The notes beneath the pieces are model-generated. The model saw only the letters and a list, made by a program, of their open reading frames with translations, made no database searches and was not told the origin of the DNA. A stretch of DNA of 64,000 nucleotides, from the IMG/VR virus record IMGVR_UViG_3300037225_000856, positions 32,001-96,000 of that record. One strand, 5' to 3'. Source of the DNA: a virus. Of the stretch, positions 59,143-64,000 are shown piece after piece (within the stretch, counting starts at the first letter, position 1; each line of letters opens with the position of its first letter). A program made the translations under genes and the position numbers.

Positions 59143-60993
59143 ATGGCAAACGACACAACAACAAATATAATCCAATATGGTTCACGCACATTTGGTGACA
59201 TACGTACTGACTTAATCTCATATATCAGACAAGCATACCCTGAAGTTTTATCTGACTTTACTGATAGTTCAGTTGGTGCAATGACGATAGACCTCAATGC
59301 TGGTGTTACTAATAACTTAAGTATAAATTTAGATCGTAGTTTTCAGGAAACGCAATTAGAATATGCACAACAAAGAGCATCAATATTAAATGCTGCGAAA
59401 AATATGGGATTTAATATCCCAGCAAGAAGACCTTCAGTAACAGTAATTGATTTTACAGTAACAGTTCCTGTTCTTGGCGACAAACCAGACGCTTCATATT
59501 ATCCTCAATTACAGGCAGGCGCACAAATACTTGGTGGTGGAAAAATATTTGAAACACAAACAATTATTGATTGGAGTTCACCAATAAGTAATTTAGGTGA
59601 CCCTAATCGTTCTATTATTCCAAACACAGATTCAAATGGCATTATTATTAATTACAGTATAACAAAAAGAGAAGTGGTTATTAATGGTTCTACAAGCATT
59701 TTTAAAAGAGCAATTAGTGCAACAGATATTATACCATTTTTTTCAATAATATTGCCAGACCCAGACGTACTCGAAATAGATAATATTATTCTATTGGAAG
59801 GTACTAATTATTCAAGTAATCCGACTGCTGCAGATTTTGCAACAGCAGCAAACAAATATTATGAAGTAGATTGGCTTGCACAACAAAGAGTATTCATTCA
59901 AGATACAAGTAGTTCACAACCAAATACAAACACAAATGGACTTAAATCAGCAACATGGATTGATGTAACTAAAAAATTTATAAAAGAATTCACAACCAAT
60001 GGTTATTGTAAAGTGATATTTGGTTCAGGTGATGCAGATGTTAATGCATTTAAATCAGGTTTTCTCAAAATGGGTGTAAGCAATCAGTATTTTCTTGAAA
60101 ACTTTTTAAATAATACAGCATTGGGTGAAAAATTATTAGCAAATTATACATTATTTATTCAATATAGAACTGGTGGCGGTAGTAACTCAAACGTGGGAGC
60201 AGGTACTTTAACGCAACTTGGTAATTATAATTTAACAGTTATAGGTGGTTCTCGTCAGGATTATATTCAAACAGTACAAAGAAGTTTAAGTGTAAATAAT
60301 CCAATTCCAGCAATTGGCGGTAATGACGGATTAAGTATTGAACAAATAAGACAATTAATTAAATATAATTTTAGTAGCCAAAATAGAGATGTAAATTTAA
60401 CAGATTATTTATTGCAGCTTTATAAGATGCCGGGGCAGTTTGGTTCACCTTTTCGTGCTAATTCAATGAAATTAAATAACAAAGTTGTTATTTCAACATT
60501 AGGTATTGGGTCAGATGGTAAATTAGACAATACAAGTACCACATTAATGAATGAAAATATTGCAGAATATCTTAGTCAATTCAGAATGCTTAATGATTAT
60601 GTTGAAGTAACTAATGGTAAGATATTTAATTTAGCTTTTGATGTTGATGTATATGTTGAAAATGTTGCTGATAATCAGGTTGCAAATAGTATTATTACAC
60701 TTGTTAGAAACTATCTGAATATTAATAATTATGAAATGAATCAGGATTTGTTTTTAGGTCTGCTTCAACGTGAAATACTCTCAGCCAATGGAGTTATTAA
60801 CGTTATTGACATTAAAGTATATAACAGAGTGGGTGGTTCATATTCGAATAATGTTATTTCACAAGACGTAAATCCAAGTACTGGTGAGATAACAATCATT
60901 AACAATACCATTCATTCAACCGAAGATAGTATGTTTGAAATTCGCTTCCCGGAGAAAGACATTACAGTTTTCTTACGTAAATCAACAGGTTAA
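59143..60993 (+). CDS. baseplate wedge subunit, T4 gp6 / baseplate J-like
   Basis: Y.SR.F..IR..L..Y..DF.DSSVG, Y.V..LAQ, FGSG, YRTGGG..SN, NP.PA.GG, QNR.V..DY; follows gp25. Confidence 0.85.
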   Translation: MANDTTTNIIQYGSRTFGDIRTDLISYIRQAYPEVLSDFTDSSVGAMTIDLNAGVTNNLSINLDRSFQETQLEYAQQRASILNAAKNMGFNIPARRPSVTVIDFTVTVPVLGDKPDASYYPQLQAGAQILGGGKIFETQTIIDWSSPISNLGDPNRSIIPNTDSNGIIINYSITKREVVINGSTSIFKRAISATDIIPFFSIILPDPDVLEIDNIILLEGTNYSSNPTAADFATAANKYYEVDWLAQQRVFIQDTSSSQPNTNTNGLKSATWIDVTKKFIKEFTTNGYCKVIFGSGDADVNAFKSGFLKMGVSNQYFLENFLNNTALGEKLLANYTLFIQYRTGGGSNSNVGAGTLTQLGNYNLTVIGGSRQDYIQTVQRSLSVNNPIPAIGGNDGLSIEQIRQLIKYNFSSQNRDVNLTDYLLQLYKMPGQFGSPFRANSMKLNNKVVISTLGIGSDGKLDNTSTTLMNENIAEYLSQFRMLNDYVEVTNGKIFNLAFDVDVYVENVADNQVANSIITLVRNYLNINNYEMNQDLFLGLLQREILSANGVINVIDIKVYNRVGGSYSNNVISQDVNPSTGEITIINNTIHSTEDSMFEIRFPEKDITVFLRKSTG

Positions 60994-61643
60994 TGGAATT
61001 AATAAAGAAAACCATATATAGAATAATGACAACTGGCACAACAACTGGTTGTACAGGCACGTGTCGTGTAATTATTCCAGATACTGGTGTTACATATAAT
61101 TTTAAGATATTATTAAACCAAGAAGTAAAAGATGCAGGTTTTTTTGATGCATATATGCTTAGTGGTGTTACTGGCACAACAGGTATAACCAATACTTTAT
61201 ATACGGTTACTGGTGAATGCACAAGCAGATTATTAGAACTGCAAAAATATACAGTAAGCAGTGCTTTTACAGCTCAATATTTTAGTGGTGGTAGTTATAC
61301 TGTTGATGGTGTAGATTATCCGAATTCACATTCGGGTGTAAATATCACTTATTACCTTGGTAGAATTAAATATATTGATCTTTTTACTGGCACTACTTCA
61401 GGTTCAACATTCAGTTTCTCAACTCAGGGTTATCTTAATCCTAACTTTATCAACAAACCAATATATCAAGACCCAAATAAGGAAAATATTATTAGTAACC
61501 CAAAAATCAGTAATGATGTATTTATGATAAGACAAGAATTACCAGCATTTGATGGAAATTATAGATTAGAATATATAAGAAAATTGGTTGATTTGGAAAC
61601 ATATGCAGCAGGTAAATTTTTTAATGTAATTAATAACACATAA
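60993..61643 (+). CDS. putative baseplate/structural protein, TG/SG-rich
   Basis: coupled to the gp6-like gene; TTGTTTGCTGTC, SGVTGTTGIT. Confidence 0.5.
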   Translation: MELIKKTIYRIMTTGTTTGCTGTCRVIIPDTGVTYNFKILLNQEVKDAGFFDAYMLSGVTGTTGITNTLYTVTGECTSRLLELQKYTVSSAFTAQYFSGGSYTVDGVDYPNSHSGVNITYYLGRIKYIDLFTGTTSGSTFSFSTQGYLNPNFINKPIYQDPNKENIISNPKISNDVFMIRQELPAFDGNYRLEYIRKLVDLETYAAGKFFNVINNT

Positions 61644-61644
61644 A

Positions 61645-62634
61645 ATGAAAATTAGTAGAAGAACATATTCTGAAAATGAAATCAATGAAATGATATTGTT
61701 GTATAAATCAGGAATGTCGCTTTTTAAAATTAGAGAAAATTTAAAGATGGATAAGAGTAACATAAAAAAAATTCTTATTCAAAATAATGTTTGGATTGAA
61801 GGAAGAGACAATAATAAAAAAATTGGTGAATATAGTAAGGATGAAATCAATAAAATTGTTTCATTATATCAATCAGGTGTGTCATTAACATCAATCAGCG
61901 ATAAGTTAAATATTGTGAGACGTGTTGTAAAGAAAATACTTATTCAGAATAACGTTTGGATTGAAAATAGAGATAATGTGAAAATTCAATTTTCAAATGA
62001 CGATAAAAAGAATATATTTGATTTATACATTAATAAAAATTTAAGTACATGTGAAATCGCCAACATTTATGGTATTAGTAAGATACCAATAATAAGAATA
62101 TTAAAAGAATTGGATATTTTAAGAAAAGGATATAGTAACGGTATTAAAATTATTTTAACGCAAAAGCAAAAAGAAAACATAAAAGATTTATATTTAAATG
62201 ATAATAAAAATGCTGAAGAAATCGGAAAAATTATTGGATGTTCGGGCAATTTTATTAGTGGTTATTTATCAATAAATAACTTAATGAGAAGCAGAAGCGA
62301 AGGGGCATCAGTGGGATTTTTTAAACGTACTGGTATTAATTATAATGAATATTTAAAAAGTCTGCCAGAGCGTGAAAAATATAGACGTGAAGTAATATCT
62401 TTAACAAATAAACAACCAATTAACTTATTAAAAAATTATGAAAAGAGAGGTGTTTCGGGACTTGATGGTGTGTATCATTTAGATCATAAATACTCGATTT
62501 TTGAAGGATTTGAAAACAACATTAAGCCAGAAATAGTTGCAAGTTTAAAAAATCTTGTATTTATACCTTGGAGAGATAATGTTGTTAAGAGAACTAATTG
62601 TTCGATAACTAAAGAAGAATTGATAAATACTTAA
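61645..62634 (+). mobile_element. HNH homing endonuclease with HTH repeats
   Basis: four I..LY..G.S..I..L repeats; YHLDHKYSI..NL..W.DN..K. Confidence 0.7.
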
Positions 62635-62638
62635 TACT

Positions 62639-63571
62639 ATGGGAGTTGGATTATACGGAGTTACGAGGTCTGCAGACGTTAATATTGAAGATATTGACAT
62701 GTATTATAATTATGCTCCAGACAGACAAACAAACAATACAAATATAATTCCACTAACTGCAACAGAATTATTGTCTTATCTTTATTTACCAAGTACTGAC
62801 CCAAATTTTATACCAGTAGTTAATCCAAGTTTAGTTGAAAACAGTAATGTATTAGAAGGACTATATAATTTAAGATTACCTGCATCAATTTTTAATCAAT
62901 TAGGGATATATACAATTTACATTAAACCAAAACTTATAATGACAACAATTGTTGATTGTGGTGTTTTATCTTCATTACCAACAGTTAATGGCATTGTAAT
63001 TGATTTGAGCACAACTCCATTACCTGATAATTTAAAAGCAAATAACGCATTACAGGGATTTAAAATTGAATATCTTAATTCAGATAACACTAAATTAAGA
63101 AATGTAGTACGATATGTCGTTACTTCAAATAAAGTAGTTCCTGTTAGTGAAAACGTTGGAAACACTTCTCAAAAAGCTGTCAGATATCGTTTCGATGATT
63201 CTGGAACTCTGATGTTTTTACAACTTTCCCCTAGTAGTTCTTCAGACGTTAAACCCAATATATTACCTTTTATTGGTAATGTTGGTGGAATAATTTTGAT
63301 GACAAATACCTATTTTTCACCGCTTGTATTAGAAGTAACTCTGGTTGAAAATACTATTGATACATTGGCGGATATTGTTGGGGGTGAGCAAATTAAAGAT
63401 GTTCAAAATGGTATTTTAACAATTTATGATAAAAATAGAGTAATAACCGATCAGTTTAATCTTTTTGAAATTAAAGACGATGTGTCAAATGTGCCTTTAT
63501 TCGAGGTCAAGGGAAAAAGAAATTCGATCGATGAGACCCAAAATTTTGACAATATAACTTCAGGTATTTAA
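62639..63571 (+). CDS. putative structural (baseplate-region) protein
   Basis: 310-aa ORF in the baseplate operon, no catalytic motif. Confidence 0.5.
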   Translation: MGVGLYGVTRSADVNIEDIDMYYNYAPDRQTNNTNIIPLTATELLSYLYLPSTDPNFIPVVNPSLVENSNVLEGLYNLRLPASIFNQLGIYTIYIKPKLIMTTIVDCGVLSSLPTVNGIVIDLSTTPLPDNLKANNALQGFKIEYLNSDNTKLRNVVRYVVTSNKVVPVSENVGNTSQKAVRYRFDDSGTLMFLQLSPSSSSDVKPNILPFIGNVGGIILMTNTYFSPLVLEVTLVENTIDTLADIVGGEQIKDVQNGILTIYDKNRVITDQFNLFEIKDDVSNVPLFEVKGKRNSIDETQNFDNITSGI

Positions 63572-63592
63572 AAATTTTTTATATATTTGCAA

Positions 63593-64000
63593 ATGTCAAA
63601 AAAATTAACAACCATAGAATTTATAGCAAAAGCAAAAAGTGTTCATGGCGATAAATATGATTATTCTTTAGTTGATTATAAATATAGTAAATTAAAAATA
63701 ATTATAATATGTAAAAAACACGGACAATTTTTTCAAAAACCAAATTGTCATTTAAATAATCAAGGATGTCCAATATGTGGTGCTAACAATAGAATTACTT
63801 CAAATGTCAAAACAATTGATAAATTTTTATCAGAAGCAAAAAGTATACATGGTGACAAATATGATTATTCTTTAGCTGATTATGTAAATAATCATAAAAA
63901 TATTATAATTATATGTTCTAAACATGGAGAATTTTTACAAGCACCAAAGCCTCATTTAAACGGTCAGGGATGTCCTAAATGTGCTAAAATTAATTTAGGT
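63593..64000 (+). mobile_element. DUF723-repeat homing-endonuclease-like gene, truncated by the window end (not in the ORF track)
   Basis: MSKKLTTIEFIAKAKSVHGDKYDYSLVDY..IICKKHG..GCPIC; paralogue of 9636..10727; TATATTTG at 63582. Confidence 0.8.

Overview
AT-rich, almost entirely plus-strand segment of a large T4-like (myovirus-type) jumbo phage, read in the standard genetic code. The host is very likely Bacteroidota: TAnnTTTG promoters, A-rich SD-less starts, a T9SS C-terminal domain, a BT4734/DUF3987 protein and an SSB ending in DDLPF all point that way. Layout: (1) 1-9.4 kb: recombination/replication genes (gp32-like SSB, UvsX/RecA, 5'-3' exonuclease), a ParB-methyltransferase plus nuclease pair, a minus-strand primase-helicase and an initiator tRNA-Met. 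(2) 10.7-21.3 kb: a duplicated two-gene fibre cassette flanking a GT9-like glycosyltransferase, with striking cysteine substitution. (3) 21.4-30.2 kb: a moron block of signal-peptide beta-helix/LamG proteins, a stand-alone T9SS CTD, a holin-like gene and an LRR-FN3 protein. (4) 30.9-38 kb: SNF2-like helicase and family B DNA polymerase. (5) 38.1-54.4 kb: an island of multi-domain conflict enzymes (kinase, several ADP-ribosyltransferase-like domains, CCA-adding enzyme, Acb1-like and CPDase-like 2H phosphoesterases, HAD, Nudix, WYL, ArdC, ParB/Srx). Their domains are separated by T4 prohead-protease-like [LIV]-x-E sites and they sit behind a recurrent GTATTTAT motif. This is the best candidate for an undescribed system: a capsid-packaged, protease-matured anti-defence payload. 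(6) 54.9-64 kb: glycosyltransferase and baseplate genes. Seven free-standing homing-endonuclease-like genes are interspersed. All family calls are by motif recognition only; no database searches were run.
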